Shown here in pieces: positions 52,109 to 61,846 of a stretch of DNA of 64,000 nt. The stretch's first letter is position 1. Each line of letters starts with the position of its first letter. Below the pieces are notes generated by a model that worked only from the letters and a program-made list of their open reading frames with translations, had not been told where the DNA came from and did no database searches. Origin of the DNA: an uncultured Methanoregulaceae archaeon. Lineage in GTDB: Archaea > Halobacteriota > Methanomicrobia > Methanomicrobiales > Methanospirillaceae. The stretch spans positions 1,120,001 through 1,184,000 of the forward strand of contig OY970343.1 of NCBI GenBank assembly GCA_963717525.1, written 5' to 3'. The position numbers and the translations under genes are program-made.

Positions 52109-54574
52109 TTAACCGAAACCCCATTGGGCAAGCGTCGTGTGCGAGGGATCGACATCCTTCCACGTCCAGCCCAGCGCTTCGATGATCCGGGAGATCGGCT
52201 GCTCGATGGTCTTCTCGAGCATCAGTTCCCAGTCGGGAACAAACTCTTTTGGCACCTGGTCGGCATACTCGAAACAGAGCACATCGGTCTTGGGGTACTT
52301 CCCGGTCACGGCTTTTATGTAGATGCGCTTTGGCTTGCTGCCCTTGCCAAACTCAGTATGCAGGTACTTATTTGCGTACCGGGCGCCCCTGACCTGTGCA
52401 TCATCGGTCTCGTAATCGTCAAGTGATTTACCGATCCCACCCGGTATGCCGATCTCATCAAGAGAAAACTTCCCCGCCCGGTACCGGGTAATGATGCCAC
52501 CAAGGTAAGCCTTGATCTCAGCATACTCCACACCATCAAGGATCATCTCCATCACCTTTGACTGGACGACTTTTGTGATCTGCGGCGTATCGCTGCGCCT
52601 TATCTCGAAACCGACAATATCTATCTGGTCTGCGTCTTTTCCCTCCTTCCAAACGAGACGGCCGGCATACCGTTTCTTCTTTCCGGCCTGGAAAAACCGT
52701 GCGTAGATCTTTTCAAACTTGATCGAGAAATAATGGGTGTCCGCGTTCAACTCGCGGCGGGCAAAATCCTGGTAACTGTCGTTGAGCTGTTTTTCAAGCA
52801 TCCGGGCCGTTTCGATAGTTTTCTCCCGATCAAGCGGCGGTATCTGCACCATGCAGGAGTCTGTATCGCCATAGATCACCTTGTATCCCTGCTGCTCAAT
52901 GATCCGCCGGGTATGCTCAATGATCGCCCGGCCAACAGAGGTGACTGCAGCCCCGATCTCCCGGTCGAAGAGCCGGAACCGGGTGTAACCCGAGACACCG
53001 TAGTAGGTGTTCATGATCACCTTGAGCACATTCTGCTGCATATCGTAGAGGACATACTGCGGCGAGCCGTAGGGAAAGGTGTTCCGGAGGTTTTTCCTCG
53101 CATCCCGCTCCTTTAACAGTTCAGAGAGGATACTCCGGGTCAGCCCGTCAGGCTGTTTCCTGAACCGGATGCCGTTTGGCGCCATCAGCTCGCCTTCGGG
53201 ATCTTTTGTTTCAGGTGATGCATTGATCGTCATCATCGCCATCGGGTAGAGCGATTTGAGGTCGAGCACCACCACGTTCTCCCGCACACCTTTGCTCGGC
53301 TCAAAGACCGTGGCGCCTTCAAACTCCTCGGCATTCGCAAAACCTTTTGAGGGGAGGATATATTTTCCGTGCGCCTTCCTGAGGATGTAGACATCGATTA
53401 CACTCGATGAATTCAGCGTCTTGTCCAAGGGGCAGCCGACGTAGCGGGCGATCTCCCGGTAAAATCCGACGATATTGTCCTTCCTGTTGATCGCAACACA
53501 GAGCTCAACATCCTTGTAGTTATATTCGACAAGGAGCGCCGGTTGTTTCTTCCAGAGATCGGAGACCGTGCCGGTATACCGCACCTTGCGCTCCCCGACC
53601 TCCTCTCCGGCTACTGCATCGAGACGGTAGGATTCCTTCAGGGTCGAATGCATCTTCTTGTAGCCGGTGAGGAGATCGAAGAGGGCCCTGCCGCGAAGCG
53701 CGTTTCTCTCGGTCATGCCGGGGAGGCGGGCGAGCATGACCGGTGAGAGCCCCAGTTTCTCCATCCTGCCCGTGATATAGGGCATATCAAATTCGACAAA
53801 GTTCCATCCCGAAAGGATATCGGGATCGCGTTCGGCGATGTACGCGCCAAACGCCCGGAGCATGGACACCTCATCGGCATACGTGCAGATGGTGTGGGTG
53901 CCCTTCCGGAAACAGCCGTTTTTTAAGCCGCCTTCCTCCTCTTTGGCAGTGATCTCTGCCGGTATCGGGACTCCGCCGAACAAGAACGTGGTATAGTCGT
54001 TATCGAACGAATCATGGCAGGTGATACAGATGATCGCGTCCCGCTGGGTATCCGGGAAGCCACGCTCGTCTTCGCATTCGATATCTATCATGCAGACCCG
54101 TGCAGGTGCATCCGACTCTGCGGGAACCAGTGCGTGGTACTCCACCGTTGTTGAGGGTACATTAACCGCCCCGGTGAGCCCGCAATCGATCATGAACCTC
54201 GTCGCAAACGGGATGTCTGCCTCGAAATGCCGGTACCGCTCCCTCATTTCCCGGACATCGCCCGGGCGGACGGTATACAGCCGTTTAAGCTTCTCTCCCC
54301 GGATCGAGCGGTAGATGGTATCCGGCTCGACAGTCACCTGCGGGGGATATGCGTGGCCGATCTGCTCCTCAGGGACATAAAAGTACGGCAGAAAACCGGT
54401 AACATCGATCCGGTGGGCGTCGCCTCCCGAATCCCTCCCGAAGATGTGAATGATCGGCCCGTCTGGGGTGTTGCTGTACTCCACCTGGTTGATCGCGATC
54501 GTCAGGGTGCCGATCTCCTCACCGGTGCGGGAAACCGTGAGTGTCTCCGAGGATCCCATGACCTGTGCGGGCAT
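52109..54574 (-). CDS. polB: Family B DNA polymerase
   Basis: DIEC exonuclease; DLKSLYP; K...NTYYG; YGDTDS; KKRYAG. Confidence 0.96.
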   Translation of the reverse strand: MPAQVMGSSETLTVSRTGEEIGTLTIAINQVEYSNTPDGPIIHIFGRDSGGDAHRIDVTGFLPYFYVPEEQIGHAYPPQVTVEPDTIYRSIRGEKLKRLYTVRPGDVREMRERYRHFEADIPFATRFMIDCGLTGAVNVPSTTVEYHALVPAESDAPARVCMIDIECEDERGFPDTQRDAIICITCHDSFDNDYTTFLFGGVPIPAEITAKEEEGGLKNGCFRKGTHTICTYADEVSMLRAFGAYIAERDPDILSGWNFVEFDMPYITGRMEKLGLSPVMLARLPGMTERNALRGRALFDLLTGYKKMHSTLKESYRLDAVAGEEVGERKVRYTGTVSDLWKKQPALLVEYNYKDVELCVAINRKDNIVGFYREIARYVGCPLDKTLNSSSVIDVYILRKAHGKYILPSKGFANAEEFEGATVFEPSKGVRENVVVLDLKSLYPMAMMTINASPETKDPEGELMAPNGIRFRKQPDGLTRSILSELLKERDARKNLRNTFPYGSPQYVLYDMQQNVLKVIMNTYYGVSGYTRFRLFDREIGAAVTSVGRAIIEHTRRIIEQQGYKVIYGDTDSCMVQIPPLDREKTIETARMLEKQLNDSYQDFARRELNADTHYFSIKFEKIYARFFQAGKKKRYAGRLVWKEGKDADQIDIVGFEIRRSDTPQITKVVQSKVMEMILDGVEYAEIKAYLGGIITRYRAGKFSLDEIGIPGGIGKSLDDYETDDAQVRGARYANKYLHTEFGKGSKPKRIYIKAVTGKYPKTDVLCFEYADQVPKEFVPDWELMLEKTIEQPISRIIEALGWTWKDVDPSHTTLAQWGFG

Positions 54575-54577
54575 GGC

Positions 54578-55444
54578 TTATGCCACCACCGTGCGGCAGA
54601 GATCCCGGACAAATGCCCCGGCCTGCGCCATCCCGGCGTGTTCCCAGGAGTCAAGATCCCACGAGACGATCTCGTGGATACCATCGCGCCCGATCCGGAC
54701 CGGGACACCAAGCGAGCAGTCAGAGTGACCGTACTCCCCTTCCAGCACCGCAGAGCAGGGAACCGTATCCCGTGTATCCGAAAGAAACATTCGAATAAGT
54801 GACACGATATGGTACGCCGGGCCAAAAACCGTTCCGCCTTTGCCTTTGATCACTTCCATGCTTGCACCCCGGAGTTCATGGAGGATCTCAGGACGCCTGC
54901 TCTCATCGATAGGATTGGGGAGCCGGGAAAAGACCGGCACCTGGTACTCACCATGCTCCCCGAGGACAACCGCTGGACCCTCAATGTTTTTCCGCTGAAG
55001 GGCAAGCGCGAACCGTGCGCTGTCAAGCTGCCCGCCAAAACCGATACACCGCTCACGGGGCAGACCGGTGAGGCGGTGCAGAAGGAAATTGTTCACGTCC
55101 ATGGGATTTGTCACGGTGACAAGGAGGCCCGAAAAACCGTCCAGCAGCCCAGCGCACTTCCGGACTACGGGAAGATTGGCCGTGAGGAGATCTGCCCGGG
55201 TCTTTACCTCCGGTGTGCGGGGGGTCCCTGCCGCAAAAATGCAGATGTCGGCGTCCCGTACATCGCGAATGTCGCAGGAGATGGTGATCGGAAGACCGGT
55301 ATGCCGGATATCGAGCGCCTGTGCGTTGAGGAGATTCGTGCTCTGATCGTACAGGACAAGTTCATCCGCGAGCCCCAGGATGGCAGCAAGGGAGGCGACC
55401 TCTCCGCCGATCCTTCCGACACCCAGAACCGCAAGCCGCACCAT
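54578..55444 (-). CDS. mdh: Malate/lactate dehydrogenase family
   Basis: GVGRIG; AG.PR..RADL; VTNPMD; LDSAR; GEHG. Confidence 0.88.
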   Translation of the reverse strand: MVRLAVLGVGRIGGEVASLAAILGLADELVLYDQSTNLLNAQALDIRHTGLPITISCDIRDVRDADICIFAAGTPRTPEVKTRADLLTANLPVVRKCAGLLDGFSGLLVTVTNPMDVNNFLLHRLTGLPRERCIGFGGQLDSARFALALQRKNIEGPAVVLGEHGEYQVPVFSRLPNPIDESRRPEILHELRGASMEVIKGKGGTVFGPAYHIVSLIRMFLSDTRDTVPCSAVLEGEYGHSDCSLGVPVRIGRDGIHEIVSWDLDSWEHAGMAQAGAFVRDLCRTVVA

Positions 55445-55560
55445 ATTTCTCCTTCCTTACTAGGTATTCACCTCATGAAGTTAAGTGACTGTCGACAACG
55501 GGACCGGTAGATCTTAATCAAAGATGTCCTTTATAATACATCACGTCCATTTTTTGATGG

Positions 55561-56448
55561 ATGGTCGTACTCAGGGCGGGACCGGTAACGGTCGGTGGCG
55601 TGACACTCGATAACCACCTCCTTCTTGCCGCCGGGGTTCTCGGGACAACCGGTGCATCCCTCTCAAGGATGCTTGCCCGGGGAGCCGGCGGTGTGGTGAC
55701 GAAGTCAATCGGCCCGCTGCCAAAAGACGGGCACGCCGGCCCCTGCGTTACCCTGCTCGACAACGGTGTCCTGAATGCCATGGGGCTCCCCAACCCTTCC
55801 CGCGAATTTACCGGCGAGCTTTCAGCGCTCGGGAATAAGCCGGTGATCGTGAGCATCTTTGGTGCGAACCCCGGGGAATTTGCCGAAGTCGCGGGGTGGT
55901 TTAAGGGGATGGCGGCCGGTGTTGAACTCAACCTCTCCTGCCCTCATGCAGAGGGCTATGGTGCGGCAATTGGCGTCGATCCCGATCTCGTGGAGAAATG
56001 TACCCGCGCAGTGAGTGCCCTCGGGATGCCCACGTGGGTGAAACTGACACCGAATGTGACCGATATAACCGCGATCGGAAAAGCGGCAGAACGCGGAGGG
56101 GCGTCCGCGATTGTCGCTATAAACACGGTAAAAGCCATGCGCATTTCAACCGGTCTCAGGCGCCCGGTGCTCGGCAACCGGTATGGCGGGCTCTCGGGAG
56201 AGGCGATCTTCCCGGTCGCTGTCCGCTGTGTCTACGAGCTCTACGAGGCCTGCAAAATCCCCATCATCGGGTGCGGGGGAATCTCGACTGCCGACAACGT
56301 GATCGAGATGATGATGGCCGGCGCCCGTGCCGTAGAGATCGGCAGCGCGGTGCAGCGCGATATCGGGGTCTTTGAGTCCATAAAAAACGACCTGTACGCA
56401 AAAAAAGGCGTCGAAACCGAAGAGATCGTGGGGTGCGCCCATGGATGA
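55561..56448 (+). CDS. pyrD: Dihydroorotate dehydrogenase 1B catalytic subunit
   Basis: ELNLSCPH; VKLTPN; INT; GGLSG. Confidence 0.95.
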   Translation: MVVLRAGPVTVGGVTLDNHLLLAAGVLGTTGASLSRMLARGAGGVVTKSIGPLPKDGHAGPCVTLLDNGVLNAMGLPNPSREFTGELSALGNKPVIVSIFGANPGEFAEVAGWFKGMAAGVELNLSCPHAEGYGAAIGVDPDLVEKCTRAVSALGMPTWVKLTPNVTDITAIGKAAERGGASAIVAINTVKAMRISTGLRRPVLGNRYGGLSGEAIFPVAVRCVYELYEACKIPIIGCGGISTADNVIEMMMAGARAVEIGSAVQRDIGVFESIKNDLYAKKGVETEEIVGCAHG

Positions 56449-57205
56449 AAAGCTACCTGTACGGGTGTCCACAACAAAGATAAAAAAAGAGACCCCGTCG
56501 GTAAAAACGTTCTTCTTTGACCGTGAGTTCCCCTTTGAACCCGGACAGTTTGTCATGGTATGGGTCCCGGGTGTGGACGAGATACCCATGGCACTCTCTT
56601 CGGCAAACAGCATCACCGTCCAGAAAGTTGGCGATGCGACCGGTGCAATGTTTGACCTTGAGCCAGATGCACCTCTTGGGATCCGGGGGCCTTTCGGAAA
56701 CGGGTTTACCCGCGGCGAGAAGATGCTTGCTATCGCCGGGGGTGTCGGAGCAGCCCCCATCCTGCCACTCGCCCGTTCTGACTGTGTTATGACGATGCTC
56801 CTTGGCGCACGGACCGAGAAAGAACTGCTCTTTGTCGACCAGCTCGATGAGAGTACTGATGTTATCATCGCTACGGACGACGGGACGCTGGGGCAGCACG
56901 GGTTTGTCACCGATCTCATGAAGGATATCAGCCTTGCCGCCTATGACAGGATCGCGGTCTGCGGGCCGGAGCCGATGATGAGCGCGGTGCTCTCAAAGAT
57001 CGACAGTGTCGGGTTAGCATCGAAAACAGAGTTCTCACTCCACCGGTACATGAAATGCGGGGTGGGGATCTGCGGCTCCTGCTGCATCGACCCGGACGGC
57101 CTCCGGGTCTGTCGTGACGGCCCTATCTTTTCCGGGGAGCTGCTCAGGAAGAGCGAGTTCGGGCACTACTCCCGGGACGCAAGCGGCAGGAAGAAAAATA
57201 TCTGA
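56441..57205 (+). CDS. pyrK: Dihydroorotate dehydrogenase electron transfer subunit
   Basis: PGQFVMVW; GGVGAAP; MKCGVGICGSC; VC.DGP. Confidence 0.95.
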   Translation: MDEKLPVRVSTTKIKKETPSVKTFFFDREFPFEPGQFVMVWVPGVDEIPMALSSANSITVQKVGDATGAMFDLEPDAPLGIRGPFGNGFTRGEKMLAIAGGVGAAPILPLARSDCVMTMLLGARTEKELLFVDQLDESTDVIIATDDGTLGQHGFVTDLMKDISLAAYDRIAVCGPEPMMSAVLSKIDSVGLASKTEFSLHRYMKCGVGICGSCCIDPDGLRVCRDGPIFSGELLRKSEFGHYSRDASGRKKNI

Positions 57206-57280
57206 GTGGGAACGTGGGCCATTTTTAAAAACGATGATATATTTTTAGTTGAGGGAGGTCTCCGGGCTTGTGGCTGAAGA

Positions 57281-58762
57281 TCACTGCCAGCGATCGCTCC
57301 TGTTGATTTTCGTGGGGAACCGGTAACTCCCTTTCGGGACATGGATCTCAAACCGGGCTCCTTTCCCGGGGGTGCCGGTCTCTTTTATAGAAAGCCCGGT
57401 GATACTCAAAATCTCGACGATCAGGAACAGCCCGTATCCCGTGTTGCGGAAATATTCGCGCCGGAATATCCGCTCTTTTGAATCCGCGGGAATACCGACC
57501 CCGTTGTCTTCGCAACAGAGGACGAGACTGTCGTCGGTCTCGTAATAAAAGAAACGGATGAGGGTCACATGCCCGCCATGGACCAGCGAATTGTCGATGA
57601 TGTTGACAAACACCTTGGGAAAACCTGCATCGGCAAAAATCTCCAGATCGTCGACTTGCCGGTCGATCAACACGTCTTTTTGCTCGACCCCGGCTACAGC
57701 CTCGCCGATCACTGCACTGATATTATGCCAACGGGGCTCTCCCGATCCGATGTTCTGATAATCGTGGGTAAACCGGATCTGTTTCTGGATCATGTCGGTG
57801 ACGTCCCCAATCTTGTCAAGATAGCCGGCGACGACGGCATCGGTCTCTGTTTCCCGGATGAGCGAGAGATACATCACGATTGCGGTGATCTGGTTGAGGA
57901 TGTCATGGCGGGTGACGCCGGAGAGGGTGTTGATCTTGTGGTTGGCAAGGCGGATCGCCGCCTCGAACCGTTTGCGTTCCTCGATTTCAGCCGAGAGTTC
58001 CTTGTTGACGCGCAGGAGATCCTCGGTCCGCTCGTTCACCCGCCGCTCCAGGTCATCCCGTGCCCGTTCGATCACCTGTTCAGCCAGTTTGCGGGCTGTA
58101 ATATCGATCGCAGAACAGATCACGATATTACCGGGGGTAACCGAGGCAGAGACAAGAACCTGGCGGACTGTCCCGTCACGGGCAGTGAAGAGCAGTTCGA
58201 GGTCCCCGGTCTCCCATGACATCTTTACCTGTCGGATAAACCGGTCTATGCTTCCTGCATCGGTCATGATGCGCGACAGGTCCGCACCGGCCAGTTCCGT
58301 ACGCTCGTACCTGAGCATCTGCGCACATTTTGCGTTCAGTTCGGTAAGCCGGAGAGTGTTCAGATCGAACGTGAATATCCCGGCCTGGGAGTTCTCAAAT
58401 ATCCCCCGGTATTTCCGCTCCTCCTCGCGCAACCCTTCTGCAAACGATGAGGTGACAACCCCGATGGTGACAAAAACCACAAACCAGGCGGTGGAGATTG
58501 CCACGTCCTGTGGGTTGAAGCCACTGTACAGGTAGACCATCAGGATGTAGACCGTGCTCAGTCCAAGAGAGAAATACACCCCCTTGTTCGGATACAGGTA
58601 GACAAAGAGAATGATGGGCAGGAAATAGATGAAGGGGAAAACCTCGTAAATGCCACGGGAGAGAGAATAGATCGTCGAGGATAGGGTGATGAGAATGGTG
58701 ATGATGATCGTGGCCGTCCAGTAGATCTGGTGCCTTTTTTCCGGGGAAAGACGGACGATCAT
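57281..58762 (-). CDS. PAS sensor histidine kinase
   Basis: RHDILNQ; NIIDNS..HG; DNGVGI; GYGL. Confidence 0.92.
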   Translation of the reverse strand: MIVRLSPEKRHQIYWTATIIITILITLSSTIYSLSRGIYEVFPFIYFLPIILFVYLYPNKGVYFSLGLSTVYILMVYLYSGFNPQDVAISTAWFVVFVTIGVVTSSFAEGLREEERKYRGIFENSQAGIFTFDLNTLRLTELNAKCAQMLRYERTELAGADLSRIMTDAGSIDRFIRQVKMSWETGDLELLFTARDGTVRQVLVSASVTPGNIVICSAIDITARKLAEQVIERARDDLERRVNERTEDLLRVNKELSAEIEERKRFEAAIRLANHKINTLSGVTRHDILNQITAIVMYLSLIRETETDAVVAGYLDKIGDVTDMIQKQIRFTHDYQNIGSGEPRWHNISAVIGEAVAGVEQKDVLIDRQVDDLEIFADAGFPKVFVNIIDNSLVHGGHVTLIRFFYYETDDSLVLCCEDNGVGIPADSKERIFRREYFRNTGYGLFLIVEILSITGLSIKETGTPGKGARFEIHVPKGSYRFPTKINRSDRWQ

Positions 58763-58764
58763 GG

Positions 58765-59616
58765 TTATCTCTCCTTCTCCTTGTCGGATTCGTCTTTGAA
58801 CTCCCCGGAAAGGAGGGTGTTTTCAAGCCTGCGTCGCTCCACGATCTCGGTCCGCAGCTCCTCGTTTATCCGTTCGAGATGTGCGGTACGTTCCCGTACC
58901 TGGCGTTCGAGGTCTTCAAGGGTCTGGCGTATCTCCTCGTCGGCCACCCGGGCATCGGTCACGTTAACTACAGAGCAGAGAACCAGGTCTCGTGTAACGT
59001 AAAGAGGGGAAATGACAAACCTGATGACCCCCCCGCTTTTCTGACGGAAGAGAGCCTCAAACACCACGCCGGTTCTTCGTACTTTTGTCTCATCCATGAA
59101 CCGCTGGTGTGCACCCGCGTCAGTCCAGACCATGCTGACAAAAGCTCCTTTCAGTTCACTCCGTGAATACAAAAGCCACCGGGCGCATTTCTGGTTGACC
59201 TCGCGGATCCGCCATGTACCGGGGTCAAAACAAAAAATCCCTTCGAGGGTATTGTCCATAATATGCCGGATCCGCGCTTTTTCTTCGAGAAGCCCGTTCG
59301 CATAGGAAGACGAAACTACGGCGAGGATAATAAAAACGGCAAACCAACCCGTCGAAACAGCGATGAGGAACGGATTAAACGCCCCCAGGCTGTACACAAG
59401 GCCGATATAGATGATGCTGATACACAGCGCAAAGAGGACGGCACGCCCGGGGTAGAAATAGACAACGCAGATGATGGGAAGAATATAGAGGAACGGGAAG
59501 ACGACAGAGATGCCGTGGGTGAGTGAGAAAAGGGTGCCGAGGATAGCACTGAGCGATGCAACGACCACGATAAAGAGACGGAGAAATGCTTCCCTGTCAA
59601 GTGACTGCGGTCCCAT
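58765..59616 (-). CDS. Membrane PAS-domain protein without kinase domain
   Basis: 4 TM like the neighbour; PAS; LERQVRERT coiled coil. Confidence 0.8.
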   Translation of the reverse strand: MGPQSLDREAFLRLFIVVVASLSAILGTLFSLTHGISVVFPFLYILPIICVVYFYPGRAVLFALCISIIYIGLVYSLGAFNPFLIAVSTGWFAVFIILAVVSSSYANGLLEEKARIRHIMDNTLEGIFCFDPGTWRIREVNQKCARWLLYSRSELKGAFVSMVWTDAGAHQRFMDETKVRRTGVVFEALFRQKSGGVIRFVISPLYVTRDLVLCSVVNVTDARVADEEIRQTLEDLERQVRERTAHLERINEELRTEIVERRRLENTLLSGEFKDESDKEKER

Positions 59617-59768
59617 GTATCTGCATCCTCCTTCAGGACAGGGTTGACGCGCCCCTGTCAGGTATATCTCTTATTCTACAGTTGATTTTAAACCATATAA
59701 TGTTAGAGGACGGATTTAAAAAAAACGCAGGACGTGTAAGGGCTAACCGGGGTTGTATCTGCTGGAAA

Positions 59769-60386
59769 TCACGGGGCCGGTTCCTCAGGCTCTTTTTTTG
59801 TAAAGAGGTTGATATGCTCCAGCTCCTCCAGCTTGTTGATGTTGGTAAATGTCCGTAGCCCGGGATCGTACGCCTTCAGGTCATCCACCGGGATATAGCG
59901 GGCATTTAAGGACTGGATCATGGCCCGCAGCGAGAGGGATGTGTGGCTTTCGAGATATGCCAGCAGGGCTGTCCGCCGGTAGACGGCATGCAGGGGTTCG
60001 ACCATCCGCTCGTTCCACCGTGGAATCACCGCATCGTACGACCCAATCTCCCGGAAGAGGTACGAGACCACGCCAGGATCGATACAGGGCATATCGCAGG
60101 CCGACACAAAGATAAGATCCCCTCCTGCGGCAAGGGAGCCGGCGTGAAGCCCGCCAATGGGGCCAAGGCCCTGCCGGATATCGCTGATACAGGTAACATT
60201 CTTTATCGTCAGGAACCGGGTACACTGCACCGGGCTGCGGGCGACAATGATAATCTCGTCGACGACTCCCGAGAGCGAATCGACGAGCCGCTCGATAAAG
60301 GTCTTTCCTTCATAGGTGAAGAAGTATTTTTCCTGGCCGTTTGCCCGTCGTGCCTCGCCACCGGCAAGCACCACCGCGGATCTCAT
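59769..60386 (-). CDS. mobA: Molybdenum cofactor guanylyltransferase
   Basis: VLAGG.ARR.G.EK; GPIGG; ACDMP; EPLHAVY; NIN. Confidence 0.92.
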   Translation of the reverse strand: MRSAVVLAGGEARRANGQEKYFFTYEGKTFIERLVDSLSGVVDEIIIVARSPVQCTRFLTIKNVTCISDIRQGLGPIGGLHAGSLAAGGDLIFVSACDMPCIDPGVVSYLFREIGSYDAVIPRWNERMVEPLHAVYRRTALLAYLESHTSLSLRAMIQSLNARYIPVDDLKAYDPGLRTFTNINKLEELEHINLFTKKEPEEPAP

Positions 60387-61312
60387 GGCGACACTTCCCT
60401 TGAGGCGAGGGCCTCGCGGAACTTTACCAGATCGGTAATACAGGCATTGACCGGAGTCGGGATGCCATGCACAGCTCCTTTTGCGACAATGGCACCATTG
60501 AGAGAATCGATCTCCGTGGGCCGGCCACGGGTGATATCCTGAAGCATGGAAGAGTGGTGCCGTGCAGTGGCCGGGAGCTGGACATCACGGAGGAACGTGA
60601 GGTAATCATCTGGTGATGTCCACGGGAGGCTAATCCCCTCGGCACGGATGACGGAAAAACCCTCGCGGACGATCTCCGTTATAATCCTCCACGCCGCCGG
60701 CCTTCCGAGTTCCCCATACGGCACCCCCATCACGGCGCCGAGAGGGTTTAGGGCGCAATTATAGAGAGTCTTTCCCCAGAGCTCAGAGCGCACCTCCGCG
60801 GTTCCGCCGACCCGGATCCCCGCATCTCCCATGACATTCACAAGCCGCTGCACCGGCCCATCAAGGCCTGACGGAAACCGGCCGAGTTTTGCCGGCCCGG
60901 CCTCGACTGATACATGCACCCGGTCTTCCCCCTGCCATTCAAAGCCGGTGATGATCATTCCCCCGATCACCTTGTCGGTGTACCGGCTGATGATCTCCTC
61001 GTTTCCTATCCCGTTCTGGAGGCTGACCGTTTCGGTGCCCTGAATGACCTTTGCATACTCCCTGCAGAGGGTTTCGGTATCCCGGGACTTTGCGGCGATA
61101 ATAATGTAATCGTACCGGGCACCCTCCGGGACATGGTCGGAAATGCTGAACCGGAAGGTTCCGGTTCCCCAGATACCGGTCAGATGAAACCCGTTCGCAC
61201 TGATGGCATCAGCGGTTTTTTTCCGGGAGACTGCATGGATATCGCAGACTGATGAGAGTTTTGCAGCAACCGACAAGCCCACCGCACCTGCTCCCAGCAC
61301 CAGTATCTTCAT
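60383..61312 (-). CDS. panE: 2-dehydropantoate 2-reductase
   Basis: LGAGAVG; SLQNGIG; W.K..N...N; SSMLQD..GRPTEID.LNG. Confidence 0.93.
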   Translation of the reverse strand: MKILVLGAGAVGLSVAAKLSSVCDIHAVSRKKTADAISANGFHLTGIWGTGTFRFSISDHVPEGARYDYIIIAAKSRDTETLCREYAKVIQGTETVSLQNGIGNEEIISRYTDKVIGGMIITGFEWQGEDRVHVSVEAGPAKLGRFPSGLDGPVQRLVNVMGDAGIRVGGTAEVRSELWGKTLYNCALNPLGAVMGVPYGELGRPAAWRIITEIVREGFSVIRAEGISLPWTSPDDYLTFLRDVQLPATARHHSSMLQDITRGRPTEIDSLNGAIVAKGAVHGIPTPVNACITDLVKFREALASREVSP

Positions 61313-61397
61313 GGTGACCTCCTGCAACCACTACTGTATTTTCCCGGATGGCAATTAGAGATTCCGAATGGCGTGGGCAGGCGGCAGGACTGCGTGC

Positions 61398-61846
61398 TCA
61401 CGGCACCATCTGTTTCCTGCCCTTCTTTTCAAGCGCAAGAAGCTGTTCTTTGATCTCGAGCGCCGGCGTGAAACCGCCAATTCCTCCCGCTGCAACGATG
61501 CGGTGGCAGGGCACGACAAGCGGCGTCGGGTTGCGCGCCATGGCACGCCCCACGGCCCGGGGAGATGTACCCCCCGCCTTGCAATCTCCCCGTATGTCGC
61601 AGTGCTGCCATACGGCACCTCCCGGACTGCGCGATAGATCCTGGTGGAGACCGAATCGCCTTCACAGGCGACAGTCCATAATCCTGACAGGTCTACAGGA
61701 TGGCCGGCACAATACTTCCGGACCGATGCCGGGACCGGGCCGGGAATTCCCGTGGATGCGAACCGGACGCGATAGATCCTGTCGCCGCTCCACCAGACAT
61801 GGACGTACCAGAGACCCAGCCTGCACGAACCACCGGTTACTTCCAT
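61398..61846 (-). CDS. ogt: Methylated-DNA-protein-cysteine methyltransferase; frameshift near 61572
   Basis: VPYG.TATYGEIA; other frame SPRAVG.AM.RNP.PLVVPCHR. Confidence 0.88.

Noticed and set aside
50454..59616. Kinase-less PAS sensors as a novel signalling system
   Set aside because: Such truncated sensors are common in Methanomicrobiales; nothing distinctive here.
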